From NCBI GenBank assembly GCA_951406725.2, contig OX597815.1, forward strand, positions 67,146,001-67,210,000: a stretch of DNA of 64,000 bases, in the 5' to 3' direction. This stretch comes from Octopus vulgaris (Eukaryota). The notes beneath the pieces were generated by a model that did no database searches, was not told where the DNA came from, and saw only the letters and a program-made list of their open reading frames with translations. Positions 12,930 to 27,479 of this stretch are shown here, one piece after another; positions within the stretch are counted from its first letter, which is position 1; each line of letters starts with the position of its first letter. The translations under genes and the position numbers were made by a program.

Positions 12930-13225
12930 GTAAAATGTCATGTGAAGATGATAGCATGAAAAACCTTAACATTGCCAAACATATGACAAGACCAAATAAA
13001 GAAAAATTGGATAAAGGCAAAAAAATAAATATAGCTTTGGTTGAAAAGTTCAGGAATGAAAGCTGAAAGAGAAAGATTTTTGATTGCTGCATAATACCGA
13101 AGTTTTCCTACTAAGGCACAACATATTTTTTATGTGTATTCTACCTAACGAAGTTGAAAGTATCTGTTAAAAAATGACGAAATTATTTAGATATAAAGAT
13201 CTGGAAATAGGGACAATTAGATGTA
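12930..13225 (+). mobile_element. RLE-type (R4/Dong-like) non-LTR retrotransposon remnant
   Basis: GMKAERERFLIAA (cf. LKxETEGFxxAAQ) and YKDLEI (cf. KYKDLEIE). Confidence 0.5.
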
Positions 13226-13631
13226 TGAATTAGGGTTAGGGCTAGGGTTAATCCCTCTAATATATATTCAATGCACAACAGCGGGAATCAGAAGAATTGA
13301 CAAATTTAAATATTGTAAATCTTAATTATAGATGAAATTGGAATGTAATCACATTCTGTCTATATTTTTGTAAAGAGGGGAAGTCTCATGACAGACCATC
13401 TCACGGCTGGTTGAGCGCTTCTCAGCGAAGACCTACCCGTTATCCAATCAACAGAACTGATGTATTTTCATTGAGGATCTTGGTCGATCCCCACAGAAGA
13501 CACGTCCTGCTTCCTTCTCTTGCATTTTTAACTCATTGCTTGCCATAAAGCACTCACCCGTAAACTCTCTTTGTATCTCTCTTTACTCTTTCACTTCCCT
13601 CCCTCTATATGATGTAGAGCGTTACTGGAGA

Positions 13632-13785
13632 AACCAACCAACCAACCAACCAACCAACCAACCAACCAACCAACCAACCAACCAACCAACCAACCAACCA
13701 ACCAACCAACCAACCAATCAACCAACCAACCAACCAACCAACCAACCAACCAACCAACCAACCAACCAACCAACCAATCAACCAA
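13632..13785. repeat. (AACC)n microsatellite
   Basis: Read directly. Confidence 0.95.
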
Positions 13786-15201
13786 CATTTATATTGGTTA
13801 TTATTATACAGAGATAACAAGAACTAGAAAAACTAATAATATACTGATGATGATGATGACGATGACAACGTTGACGACGATGATGACAACGACGACTACG
13901 ATGGTAATGATAATGATGGTGGTAGGAATAATAAATTTATAACGTAATTTTCATTTTTAGTTTGGTCATAAAGTAATTTTTTTCAAAAGAATAAATTTGA
14001 TTTGAATTTCATGAAATATTCATGAATGGGCTATTAAGGATCAAATTGACGGATTTCCCTTTTTATCAGGATCATTTCCATAATTGTTAGAATTGGCACT
14101 ATCAGACCCCCATCTCGGAAAAAAAAATAACACGCCTTTTTTCTTCGCTTAATAATGACTTGAGCCGGGGTGTGGTGGTACTTTCTTTTTCAAGAATTTT
14201 GTTTGCGGTACTGTTTCGTTAACACTAAAAATTTTCAGTTCACTTACGTTCTCAGAGTTCTTAAGGAAGACATTAATTTTGTCATTGTTCTCCCCATTTC
14301 GCCTCACCAATAATAATTAGAGTTAAGATTTTCGATGTGGACGCTATTTAGCCCAAGGTCAAGTCTATGGCTAAAGGTGCCTGTTGGAGCAAACATTTGG
14401 TCAAAGACGTTCTAACTGCTATCATTTAGGTTTCTTTTTCATACTAAGTATATCTAGAATCCCTTGAACTAATGAATCAAATGTTTTACGAACACACATT
14501 CCTCGTAAAAGAGAAACTGTTCTCCTGTGAATAACACAACAGCGATTAGCATATTTACGTTCGAATCTGACGGAACGTATTCAGAATAAATACGTAAGTC
14601 ATCGTTATATCTAAAATAACATTATCTAAAGTTTCTCACCCTTATAAAATGGCAGGGTATGATATTGAGGAGAATTTGGTTGCTATTTTTATTAAGGTAT
14701 ATGACTATGTATAGGTTATAGCTGCGTTGGCTCTGATCCCATTGGTGTGAATTTACAATATGTCAATGAAAGAGTATGTGTTTGATTACTGCAAAGAGAT
14801 TTATTTACTGGGAGACAACTCAACAAACTGTATTTGATTTCCGATGGTATCTAATTTAATTTCTCTTATACCCAAAATCTCCCATAAATCACGAAGCTTA
14901 AACCCCTTAACTTACTGAACATCATGATGCTGATCCGAACGATAAGGTAATAATGGATTTTATTAATCGCACATGGTCGTGGGCTAAATTAATAGTCATT
15001 CGCAGATATATGAAATTTAAACTCGAAATCACTGTACGTGTACAAAAAACCGAAATATTCACTCGACTTCATCAAGAAGCTAAAGGGATCAATTAGAAGT
15101 TAGGAATTTTAATCATCGAATGAATACATCTTTAACTGATTTATAAACTACTACAATAAGACACTGTAGCCTAGCAAATGCAAAAGTAAAAATTAATTAT
15201 C

Positions 15202-15381
15202 AGGGTGTGTTTAAAAAGCTGAAAATAGGGAAATACATTCACAAAAACTTCCTTCCATCAGGTCTCTGTTAATCTGATTTTTTAAAACGACTACATAATT
15301 AATAACTTTTAATGAAAAAGAATCTCTTTTCCTTTACTGTGAATATTAACAAATATATATACACATATATACATACATACA

Positions 15382-15460
<79 letters not shown>

Positions 15461-15481
15461 ATATTTATATATATATATATA

Positions 15482-15516
<35 letters not shown>

Positions 15517-15953
15517 TCACATACATATATATTCATATGCATATATACATATATACATATATACATCCATATGTGTATATTTCTTACATAAAAACACACA
15601 CACATAATAGAGAGAGTTGAAATTTATAGAGAAACAAAAGACGAAGACAGGTGTATGAACAACAAACAAGTATATTAGATGGACGCTTGGGAAATGAAAA
15701 AGTTTTTTTTACGTTTCGAGCCTACGCTCTTCAACACAAAGGAATGAGAGAAACTAAACAGAGAGAAAATGAAAATAACCTTTAGATTTAGCGGTCAAGC
15801 ATGGCTACTGATTAGAAAAAAGTTTGAAAGAAGAGGTTGGAAGAAAGGGAAATAATAAAGTGATAGGGATCCCACACGATGGTGATGGTGACCCCCCCAT
15901 ACACACACATATACATATACATGCATACATACATACATACATACATACATACA

Positions 15954-15989
<36 letters not shown>

Positions 15990-16353
15990 TTCGTTTTGTG
16001 CGACAGAAAGAGTATTTGTGCATCACTATTAAGCAAACACACCAATGTCTATCCTGAGATAATATCTATTATAGACGTGCAATCTTAAAAAAAAAGAGAA
16101 AAGAAAAAACACAGAAATATTTCAGTAATGTCAGCTACTGATATATTTCAGCGTTATTGGATCTGCCAAAAAGTACTCCATCTAACAATAAGAGAGAAAT
16201 ATAGTTTAATGACTTCAGGAGTTATAAATTATCTACTGCAAGTTTCATGCTCGGATGGTGCAGAAATCGGAAAGAGTCATATAGCGCACTTACACAATCC
16301 GGCAACCATTAAGATTCAAATAACATGATTACACACACACACACACACACATA

Positions 16354-16392
<39 letters not shown>

Positions 16393-16411
16393 ACACACTC
16401 ACACACACATA

Positions 16412-16443
<32 letters not shown>

Positions 16444-16780
16444 TACACACACACTCACACACACATACACACATACCTGAAAGAAGTGACTTGAATTAAA
16501 AGTGATTAAATATATGAGGTAAATCTTTTAAAAAGCAAATGAATACAAGTTTTTATATAAGCGTCTTTCGCATTTTTCAGCGAACGGTTACTATTAATAT
16601 CCAGTTTACTTCATAACGGGTGTGTTTAAAAAGCTGAAAATAGGGAAATACGTTCACAAAAACTTTCTTCAATCAGGTCTCTGTTAATCTGTTTTTTTAA
16701 AACGACTTTACATAATTAATAACTTTTAATGAAAGAGAATCTCTTTACCTATACTGTGAATGTATTAACAAATATATACA
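15202..16780. repeat. Dispersed direct repeat, ~150 bp (15202-15355 and 16618-16775)
   Basis: GGGTGTGTTTAAAAAGCTGAAAATAGGGAAATAC...ACTGTGAAT is near-identical in both copies. Confidence 0.9.
15615..15810 (-). mobile_element. Penelope-like terminal repeat remnant with degenerate hammerhead motif
   Basis: Minus strand reads CTTT-gTGTTGA-AGAGC-GTAG-GCTC-GAAAC-GTA-AAA; same architecture as 28211-28245. Confidence 0.55.
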
Positions 16781-16861
16781 TACATACATGCATACATACA
16801 TATATACACGCATATGTGTATATACCTTACATACAAACAAACACACACACACACACATATA

Positions 16862-16932
<71 letters not shown>

Positions 16933-17361
16933 GCATATGCACACATATTTTCTCTTAAACAGACATACCTCTTTAATATTGGAAGCTTTAATTCCTCGTG
17001 GTTCTATTTGGGGAAATGAAATATCTCCGAGACAAGCCAGAATTTTTTCCCATCATGTATTTCTTGCAGCTATTGTTATCAGACATCACTTATTATATTT
17101 GTAAGTATGTAATTGCCTATCAGAACATGAAACACGATGTTTCCGCTCTGAATCAAAGCCCTTTTGCATCAGTTGGCAATATTTTTATATTGACTGGTTA
17201 ATAAACCGGTTTTCATATCCGGAGTAGATAGAAAAAAAAGGGGATCGAAAGAAGTCATCTTGTACAAGTAGAAGAGTTACGAAGGAGAACGAACGAGGAG
17301 AAATAATATTTTTATTTTTGAATGTGGAAAAGACTAGTAATATATATATGTATGTAGTATG

Positions 17362-17395
<34 letters not shown>

Positions 17396-17513
17396 TGTAT
17401 GTATGTATGTATGTATGTATGTATGTATGTATGCATGCACACAAACACACACACACATATATATATATAGGTATGTGTATGTGTATGGTATGCGTGTGTG
17501 TCTGTGCGAATAT

Positions 17514-17545
<32 letters not shown>

Positions 17546-17642
17546 TATATATCTATATGTATATATATGTATGCACACACATATATATATATATATATAT
17601 ACATATATATGTATATATATATGTGTGTGTGTATACACACAC

Positions 17643-17732
<90 letters not shown>

Positions 17733-18034
17733 TTTTTATATATATATGTATATATGTATATATATGTATATATATGTGTATACAACCCCCACACATGTAT
17801 CTATATATATATAAATTGATAAGACAGAGGGGACAGCCAAGCAAACAACCAGTATTATAATATGTAGCCTTCGTTGAAATGAAATGTCATGTAAACAAAC
17901 AAAAACACACATCGAAACGTCAAGAGGTACAAAAACAATAAAAATATTTAAACAGAATTTCTATGTCTTTTTCTTCTGAAAGATAGCAATAGAATCATAG
18001 AGTAAAATCATAGTGACGTACACTACAAGAAAAC

Positions 18035-18081
<47 letters not shown>

Positions 18082-18399
18082 ATGTATATATATATAGATA
18101 TATAGATATATATATATATGTGTGTGTATATATATGTATGTATATATATATATATATATGTATAAACATATAAATATATACATACATATAACATACATAT
18201 AACATACATATATATGTATAATATATTCATATGTATATATATTACATATGTATGTGGCAACACATTTATGCATATATATATATATATATAAAACATTCAT
18301 ATTCTATCTTTAAACACACACACAAATAGAAACATGCATACTCATGTACATGTGTATATCTATCTATAAATCTATCTATCTATATACGTATATATGTAT

Positions 18400-18775
18400 A
18401 TATGGTGGCTACCCCCTCGTTATCGAGTATGGCCATTGCACGAAGCTTAATCAAAGTTGTTATCGTGCAATGCCTGTGCAAGAAGATTTTTTTTAAAGTG
18501 AGGAAAGGCTTTGCACTGAGTCAATCCCACTCACTAAGCAACAGCAGCCATAATCCGAAAAGAAGAACAAGTCAACACCATCGGTAACCACTGAGCCGCA
18601 GGTCTTATGTCGGAGTTATCCAAGTTACCTGAGTTACCTTCTCCTAGAAGGATGCCCTAACAAAGGCTAGGAGTCCTTCGCTCCCAATGGTTTAACCGCG
18701 CGATCGGGTATTCAGTCCGATTATTTCTATGTCCCCACGCATGATACAGCCTTAAGACATTTATTGGATGGCCGT

Positions 18776-18778
<3 letters not shown>
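18400..18778 (-). mobile_element. Non-coding interspersed repeat (possibly RTE-derived, non-autonomous) inserted in TA-rich microsatellite
   Basis: GC-richer island sharply bounded by (TA)n; GGGCATCC..TAGGAGAAGG motif recalled from RTE 5' regions. Confidence 0.4.
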
Positions 18779-18830
<52 letters not shown>

Positions 18831-19090
18831 ATATATATAACAAAGTGGAGTTGTAGGGTATCGCACGTGTGGAATTATAAACGAAAGAAGGTTTGAAAAT
18901 GCAATTTTAAAAGATGTTTATTTACTTTACCGGCGTGAAGGAGAGACAAAAAGGAGAAATTCTTTTCAGTTCCACATTACTCTTCCTTCCCCCCACCCAA
19001 ACACACCTAGAGTGTCCCTTGAAATAGATAATAGTATTTTGCATTTACATGGTGGACAGGTCAATTTGAGCTTCCCTACTATTATAATGT

Positions 19091-19505
19091 CCCACTGAAT
19101 TTTTAATAATTTCTTCTGGAAACTATCTTTTATATTTTCTTGAGAATGTATATATTAGTTGTAATATTTTGTGCCCAATATTTCAATGGACTTGTTAAAC
19201 TTTTTTATGTTCTTAACATGCTCTTGTCACCAAAGAATGTATATATATGTATTGTAGTACTCTGTGACAACCAATATTCTGTGCGTGTTTGAATATACAG
19301 ATACAATACCAATATCCCACTGAACTTTTTAACAATTCCTTCTGGAAACTATCTTTAACATTTTCTTGAGAATGTATATTTATGTTGTAATCTTTTATGC
19401 CCAATATTTTAAGGAACTTGTTAAACTTTCTTATGTCCTTAACATGTTCTTGTTACCAAAGACCGTATATATGCAATGTAGCATTTTGTAACAACCAATA
19501 ATTAA
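19091..19505. repeat. Tandem duplication, ~225-bp period
   Basis: CCCACTGAA..TTCTGGAAACTATCTTT..GAGAATGTATAT..CTTAACATG..ACCAAAGA..ACAACCAATATT occurs twice. Confidence 0.9.
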
Positions 19506-19847
19506 CACAACCAAACTTTTACATGTTACTTTTGACAATCTTTTTCCAAAGAGTGAAACCGGTAAAGTAAATAAATATCTTTTAAAATTGCATTTTCAAA
19601 CCTTCTTTCGTATACATATATATATATATATATATACATATACACACATACATACATACAAACATACATACATATATATGTATATATACATATATTATAT
19701 ATATATATATATTCATATACATATATATAAAATCATGTTTCATTCTAACTCTAAACGCGCACCTACATAGAAATACATAATACATATATACATCTTTCTT
19801 TCTTACCTCTCTCTGTCCCACCCTTTCTCTGTCCCACCCCTCTCTGT

Positions 19848-19898
<51 letters not shown>

Positions 19899-19915
19899 CA
19901 TATATATATATACAG

Positions 19916-19957
<42 letters not shown>

Positions 19958-20141
19958 CATTAACAGATTGACCTTGAACCTTAAAAATTAGTGCATGATT
20001 CTTCAGATCATTACTATTAAGTAATGAGGCAGTTAAGTTTTCTAATTGAGGAAGGCATGAATCTGAACCTTTTATATTATTGGCAGATTCGAATGACGTG
20101 AAGTAGTTGGCTTCATTCGAATTTCAGTTGATCAAAAGTAA

Positions 20142-20179
<38 letters not shown>

Positions 20180-20189
20180 ACATATAATA

Positions 20190-20478
20190 GACACTGCCGT
20201 CGAAGACGACGTATGAGTGTTCAGATTTTATCGAACGACCTGCGCAAATGATTTGTTTTTATAGTGATCAAATGTATGTAATGTACATAATCTTACTCCC
20301 TCCATCAAATCGATGTTACCTGAACAGGCGCAGAGTTTACCACACGTCAAATGTTGAAGTGATCGCAGAGCAACGTGAGATGAAGTGTTTTGCTCAAGAA
20401 CACAACGTAACACTCGGTTTAGGAATTGAAACCACGATCTCGCAATCGTGAGTGCAACACACTAATCACTAGGCCAAG
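20190..20478 (-). mobile_element. tRNA-derived SINE (family C head, different body)
   Basis: Head shared with 12440-12535; body unrelated to that copy. Confidence 0.7.
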
Positions 20479-20498
20479 TTTATATACATGGCCTATTG

Positions 20499-20574
<76 letters not shown>

Positions 20575-20926
20575 TATATGTGCGAGAGCATAGGTGTTCA
20601 AGAAAAAGGCGGTGAAAATAGAACTCGAATACCAAAGATAGAATTAAATTGCATTTTAGCGAAGCCGAAGAAAAAAAAGAAAGAAAAAATGGAAAATTGA
20701 TACTCAGATTTACGCGTACGTGATCATTAAACTGCGCGAGTATTTTAGACAATTTGCTAACCTGTAAATGTTTATAAGTTGTGCCGTGATAATTGATTGG
20801 TAACTCATCATATAAACATTTAACGTTAATTGGACAAGGTGTTATTTCCTTTTAAAATATCAGGAATCTATTGAATGAAAACGATTCATCGCTAACGAAA
20901 AACTATATATATATATATATATATAT

Positions 20927-21058
<132 letters not shown>

Positions 21059-21420
21059 ATATTTATATATATATATATACACATATGTATATATAAACTG
21101 AACCACAAAAGAAACGTCGTACACATACTAAATAAACAGACTACCATAGCATTGATTGAAGAGTGTTATTTAAGAATCGGTCCTGCAATTGCTGTCGGTG
21201 CAAGTGGCGATCTTGACGTGCTGTTGTAACCCTCGTCGGCCACTGCGTGGTCGATCATTCGTGCCGTTTGTAGCATTGTATTATTCCCCCAGCTGTTCAA
21301 TTGCAGTTCAACTCATTAGCAATGACTCATGTACGCTGACCAGCATGGAGACATCCAATGCCTTACTCCCTCTGATTTCGTCTCAGTCTTGGCATGCTTG
21401 CTACATTCGGGAAACGAATG

Positions 21421-22530
21421 ATTTCTCTATTGCTCATAGGAGACCAAACATAGAGGGGGATAATACAAATACACAGTGGTGTCGCGAATGATTATTACAT
21501 TAAAATGATATTATAAAAATTATTACATAAAACGGATGAAAACACAAAACAATGGGACAATACAACGGAGTGGGTGCCGGGTACAGTTTCGACCCCATAA
21601 ACCCCCGGTCCACTACTGAAGCCTTACCTTACTTCTATGGCTTACACTCAAGAGGAGTCACTTATTTTTAACTCTCGCGCCACATCCTTCCATCTTTTTC
21701 TATATATATCACGCGATAGACACCTCTTCTCCAATCTTATTTTCCTTTTAAGATGGAAAATAAAAAAAACAAAACTCACTAGAGCGAGAGCAGAGATTAA
21801 GGTGCCTGTCGCTACTCCTTTCATTCTCGTCTTTCAAACCACTTCTTTTGCTATAGCAACCACAGCGAGAAAACAAACCTATACTTCTCGATTAAAGGAA
21901 GAAGGTGGAACAATCTTAATGATTGACTCGGAGGACAATTGTACTCCTCCTAGAGATGACAGCAGCTGTTCGATGTAAACCCACAGTTCCGATATTCTCG
22001 GACAATACACCTCTACAGTGGCAAATCTTACCTCCACTATACCGTACTTGTTACCACGGATGTAGCAGGAGATGACTTCTTTCATTGGTTCGAGACATTT
22101 TTCAATGACCTCCTCCGGAGCCACTTCAATCTTCTTTCGGAGTAAACACAATGTCCTATACGTTACTGTTTTTCTTCTCACGTTTTTAAATTTCTTCGAG
22201 GGAGTTAACTTCACTCTCGACCCCTACCTTTCTGTATAATGGAAACATTCACTTGCATTAATATTGAGGATCTTAATTTCACTCATGTTTAACTTGGTAC
22301 TGTCTTGTTCTGTTTACCAGCCACCGACGCGTAGCCTCCTGCTCATTCCTTCTCGTCGCCCATTTCCGGCATCCTACTGTTCATCCAGAACGGGAAAAAT
22401 ACAATAAAAAACACATGCCTGCTGAACAAGCTGTGTGCTTTTGAAAAAACGCAACAAATTAACATTAATAGTAACAATTTTAGTAGTTCGACATACCTGG
22501 CCAGAAGCCTTCAACAAATAAACCACTCAA
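21421..22530 (-). mobile_element. Internally deleted Tx1/L1-like LINE derivative
   Basis: Putative 5' region, then an ORF1-like segment (RRKTVTYR...GIVEVRFATVE) fused in frame to the ORF2 C-terminus (VYCPRISELWVYIEQLLS...IAKEVV.KTRMK). The 3'UTR is homologous to that of the adjacent copy. 5' limit is uncertain. Confidence 0.75.
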
Positions 22531-22567
22531 CGATTGTTCTTTCACGAAAGTGAGGAGAATGAATTGA

Positions 22568-24570
22568 TTTTATTTCAGCCACAAGGGCCAAACATAGAAT
22601 GATCAGACATTAAAATCGAATTTAAAAATTTGACTTATTATATAATCGAATGAAATACAATGCAATACAAAACACGTCACAACGGAGTGGGGGACGGATT
22701 CGACCCCACAAACCCAGATCCACCACTGAACCTTTCTGTTTCCTTTGCTTTACACTCATGCGGCTTCATTCACTCTCACCATCCGCGTCACTTCTTTCCA
22801 CCTTTTACCATGTATAACGGGCGACGGGCGTTTCCTCTCCAACCGCAGTCTCCTTTTAAGTTGGAAAACGAACATGTTGAGTAACGGAGGGCCGGAGATG
22901 AAGGGACCCGTCGCCACTCCTCTCATTCTCGTCCGCCATACAACCTCTTTCGCCAATGCTACCAGAGCGAAAAAACACACCTTGCCTTCCTTATTGAAGG
23001 AGGATGAGGGAAACAATCTTAATAATCGACTCGGAAGAGAGCCGTACTCTTCCCAGACGTCACAGCAGTCGTTCGACGAGTACCCACAGTTCCATAATTT
23101 TTGGACACTGTACAATAGGGTACAGAACAGTTTCACTGCTCTACTCATATCTTGAGAAAGTGGGCTAGCATGAATAGCCGTGCCTAGCGAGTTTATCTCG
23201 AACTGGTAAGACTCCTCGCTCACATTGCCAAGCCAGAGACCTTTGGAAGTTGTCCATAGTATCCGGCCCAAATGTCCTTCAGAACAAACCAACAAGCTGA
23301 CCTTCGTCGAAGCCCAAGGCTTCCCCCAGATCATCGTCACACTTTGCCTCTACCAGCCCTCTATAGAATGATGAGGTGGAACCCTCGCCACCGGCATTAC
23401 CCATCCGGCAGAGAAGTGCGAGTGCCTGCCGACATTCGGCTTGCCACGCGCCCAACTTTGGTCTATGCTTAATCCTCGGTTCCAATTCATCGAAACTAAC
23501 GAACCTAGGAAGGATCAGTTTGAAGAACGGAGACCACATCCGTTCACCATCCAGGTAGAGCCAGAGATGCCTCAGTGCATGCCTGCGCATCATTAGCCAC
23601 GGCATCCCTAACCCACCCTTTAGCAGCTGTTGGCAGCAGATAGAGCGCCTTACAAGTGGACTCCTGCCCCTCCACAAAAAGCGGAAGAGCAATCGTTCCG
23701 CCTTGCTTAGCCACGAATCGGGACAAGACAGGACGGTCAGGCGGTAGGTAATCACAGGTGCGATAAACACATTTGCGATCTTCGCCCTCCCTTTCAGGGA
23801 TTGCAACCGCTCAGATCAGGTCTGAGTTAAGTTGGTCACCCTGCTCACCACCTCGCTTTAATTCTTCTCTATCCGGAGATCCGGACCTAACCAAACTCCA
23901 AGAAATTTAACCGGGCCCTCCGTCTAAAAGGCCGACGATATTGTTAAGAGGTATCGATTTGCCACTCCAGGTACCGCGTTGCAAGCCGACTGATTTATCC
24001 TGGTTAAATTTTGCCCCTGCCACAGCCTCGTACTCCTTGATGACCTCACCTATCCTCTGTAGGTTGTCCACCTCGGACATGATGATGGTGATGTCATCCG
24101 CATACGCCATAACCGATCTTACCGCAATCGAGATCATGCGGGACGTCCCTCATATCCTCCAACTTCCGCAGTAAAGGCTCCAGAGCCAACATATACAGAA
24201 GTGAGGATAGTGGACATCCTTGATGCATCGAACGCTTGATGCAGAACAGCTTCGAGAAGAAACAGTTCACCCGAACTATCGATTGATGTTGCTGTATAAA
24301 TCAATGATCCAAATCCGACCGCCACGAGGACTGGCACCAGGTACCTATGGTCAACCCTGTCAAAGGCTTTAGATTGGTCAAAATGGATCAAAGCTCCACC
24401 CTTGCCAGGAAGCCTATTTACCCTCGCTAAGGCATAGCGTAAAAAGTGGAGATTGTTCTGGATAGTCCTGCCGGGAATGGTGCAAGTTTGCGCCTCCCCG
24501 ATGAGACCACCCGCGACACGCGCCAACCTTTTTGCTAGTACCTTGGCCAAAATTTTCAACTCTTCGTTAA
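22568..24570 (-). mobile_element. 5'-truncated Tx1/L1-clade LINE ORF2 (RT and C-terminus), frameshifted
   Basis: Motifs KILAKVLAKRL, QTCTIPGRTI, FDQSKAFDRVDH, QGCPLS, AYADDITI, SLKGRA, FRFLWRG, GGLGMP and AKEVVWRTRM, spread over several frames. Confidence 0.93.
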
Positions 24571-25253
24571 GTTCGTGAGATTGTTGTGATCTGTAAACAG
24601 TTTTGAGTAGGACCGGAAAGAGAAATATGAACACACAATGCACATGTGCACACTGAATTCATAAAACGGAAGAGAATAATAAAAACGTAATGCGCATGTC
24701 AAAATAAAACGGAAGAGAAGAATAGAACAAGTTATATGATGGTCTGCATGCCACGTCTGATACCACTAACATGCAGCTTTGCTGCAATTTTCTTGTTTAG
24801 TTTGAAGTTTTACTTTCTTGCCATCCTTGTCTGCCATAACCTAGTAAGCAACGTCTCCAAACTCTCCACTGTTTGAATCAATATATTTAGTTTTGAATGT
24901 TTTCTAAATTTGTATGATATTTTAGTTTTTTTTTGTCGTTACTAAATTCATAAAGATTTTTGCTAACCTTTCCTTCTAAGTGAAATTGTTTCAAGTTATT
25001 TTTCTCTCTAAAAATTTCTATTTTGAATTCATATCTATTTTTTTCAATTTATTCAATTTTAGTTTTTGAATTTATTTCATAAATCTTTTGTCTTGTATTT
25101 GGTTTCACATGTCTACAAGCCTACATTCCTTCTCCTTCCTTCTTTTATTTCTTCTTTCTCCTCGTTATGATATCCTCCTCCTCCTCCCCATCCTCCTCCT
25201 CCTCCTCCTCCTCCTCCTCCTCCTCATCTCATCATCATCATCATCATCACCAC

Positions 25254-25298
<45 letters not shown>

Positions 25299-26273
25299 TG
25301 CAAAATCGATACGTCTGTGTTGTATATGATCAAACTGAAAAGCTAAAATCCCACAAGATCTCACTATTCTCTTTCTTAATAACGCTTTTCCTGCACAATT
25401 CCTACCTCGCTCTCTCCGTCTGTCTCCATCTCAATCTCTCTCTCTCCCTCTCTATCTCCCCCCTCTCTCTCACATACACACACACACACTTTTTTCTCTT
25501 ATTCTTATTCACTCCCTCTCGCTCTCACTCTCTCTCTTTCTCTCACGCAGACTCTGTCTCATTATCTGTTTTACTTACTCTTTCTCTCATACACACTCAC
25601 TGTCTCACATTTTCTGTGTCTCTTTCACACACACATATACACACTCTCTGTTTCCTTTCTCTCTCACAGATACACTCTCTGTCTCACTTTCATTTTCTGT
25701 CTCTGTTTCACTTTTTCTCTCACTCTCTCACACTCTCTCCCATCACTCCCCTCTCCTGTCTCTCTTTCTCCTCTCACCTGTCTCTCTCTTCGACTGGTGG
25801 GCAGCCAACAATTTTCTCAGTCAACAATTTTAGCAACGTTGCCATTTCATTGGGCTGGATTCTTACAGTCAGCATGTAAGAATATGCTCTCTCCTTTCTT
25901 CTATCCTCTAACCAGAATATTAGCATCTCGGTTGCTTTGTCTCCGTGGAACATGACGTAAATCAGCTTGAAATACTTGCTTCAGTCTTGCACAGATCAAA
26001 GTGTCTACGTAATGTTCCTTTAAACTAATGCCACCATTTTCTATTGTATAATTCTCATTCTCACATTTCACCATTAAAATGGCCCTGTCTTTTCTGTAAT
26101 TATTCTTTATTCTTTCCATGTGTTTTTTTGATCTTTTACCTGTCATTGGACTGCGGTCAAGCTGGGGCACTGCTTTGAAGGATTTAGTCAAACAAAGTGA
26201 ATCCAGTACTTACATACATATACGCATATACATATATATACACGCACATACATATACATATAAAATATATACA

Positions 26274-26305
<32 letters not shown>

Positions 26306-26419
26306 CTCACACACTTACACATTCACACAATTAAAAAGTAAAAGAAGAAAAAATGAAAAATATATATAAAAAATAAAAAAAATGTTCAGACATATCTATA
26401 GATAGACATTTTCCAATAC

Positions 26420-26940
26420 ATCATAAATATAGGAAACTCTTTAATAGGCATAACCTAAAAATTAATTTTAGTTCAACCCCAAATTTTAAAAACATAATTA
26501 CACACAATGCAAAACAACAACAAAAGCCGGCTGTTCCTGCAGGTATAAAGACTTGTGCCCGCTTATTTATGAAGCCACCGTAAATTCTACGAACGCTAGT
26601 AACACAGTTTCGTCAAAGAGATATATGGGTCTCACGGAGGGAAATTTCAAAGCAAGGTTCAACAATCACACCTGAAGCTTCAGACACTGGGATAATCGAA
26701 AAACTGCCAAATTATCCAGTTATATATGGTTCTTAAATGAACAAGGTGTCAACTATAGGATTTACTGGAAGATCTTGGCCAAGTGTAAATCTTTGGCAAC
26801 GGTAGTGGCAAGTGTGGTCTTTGTAAATTGGAAAGATGGCTCATCTGGAAAAGTTCCTTAGACCCCGCTACACATCTAAATCGAAGAACTGAACTTTTTC
26901 GATCATGTTCATATGTGACAAAGAACCGGTTACGGTTTCG
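26420..26940 (+). mobile_element. Penelope-like element, Naiad-type linker plus GIY-YIG endonuclease fragment
   Basis: Translates NRHNLKINFSSTPN..HNAK, GCSCRYKDLCPL-IYEATV...YMGLTEGNFKARFNNHT*SFRH...LSSYIWFL...WKIL...CGLCKLERWLI...LNRRTELF..C. Confidence 0.85.
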
Positions 26941-27208
26941 AGCCCCTCAAGATCACGGATAGAATCTGCATTTTTGCCATGTTCCTGCACAAGCTTCCCA
27001 TATGTCTTAACATTTTTTATCTTTTGTATATATATTTTTTCCTTTCTTTCCCTTTATAATTGTGTGAATGTGTGTGTTACTATATGTATATGTATTTATA
27101 TAAGTGTAAGACTGTGTCTGGTGCATAAGTACGACTTTCATGCACACGTCTCCTTCATTTATACGGATATGCATATGTCCGTATATGTGTGGGTGTAGGT
27201 GTGTGATA

Positions 27209-27278
<70 letters not shown>

Positions 27279-27414
27279 ATATGTATATGAGGGAATGTGA
27301 ATGTATGCCTGTATATATATACGTATATTTGTATGTATAAATGTCTAAGTATATACGTATGCATGAAGACACCTATGTGTATATGAGGATGAAGTTGCGT
27401 GCACATATACATAT

Positions 27415-27479
<65 letters not shown>

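Noticed and set aside
13230-13250. TTAGGG-like repeats
   Set aside because: Only about three imperfect units; too short to call an interstitial telomere.
13536-13817. NQPT-repeat ORF resembling a parasite repeat antigen
   Set aside because: Pure (AACC)n microsatellite.
25088-25879. 263-aa Ser/Leu/His-rich ORF
   Set aside because: CT/CA low-complexity sequence that lacks stops by composition.
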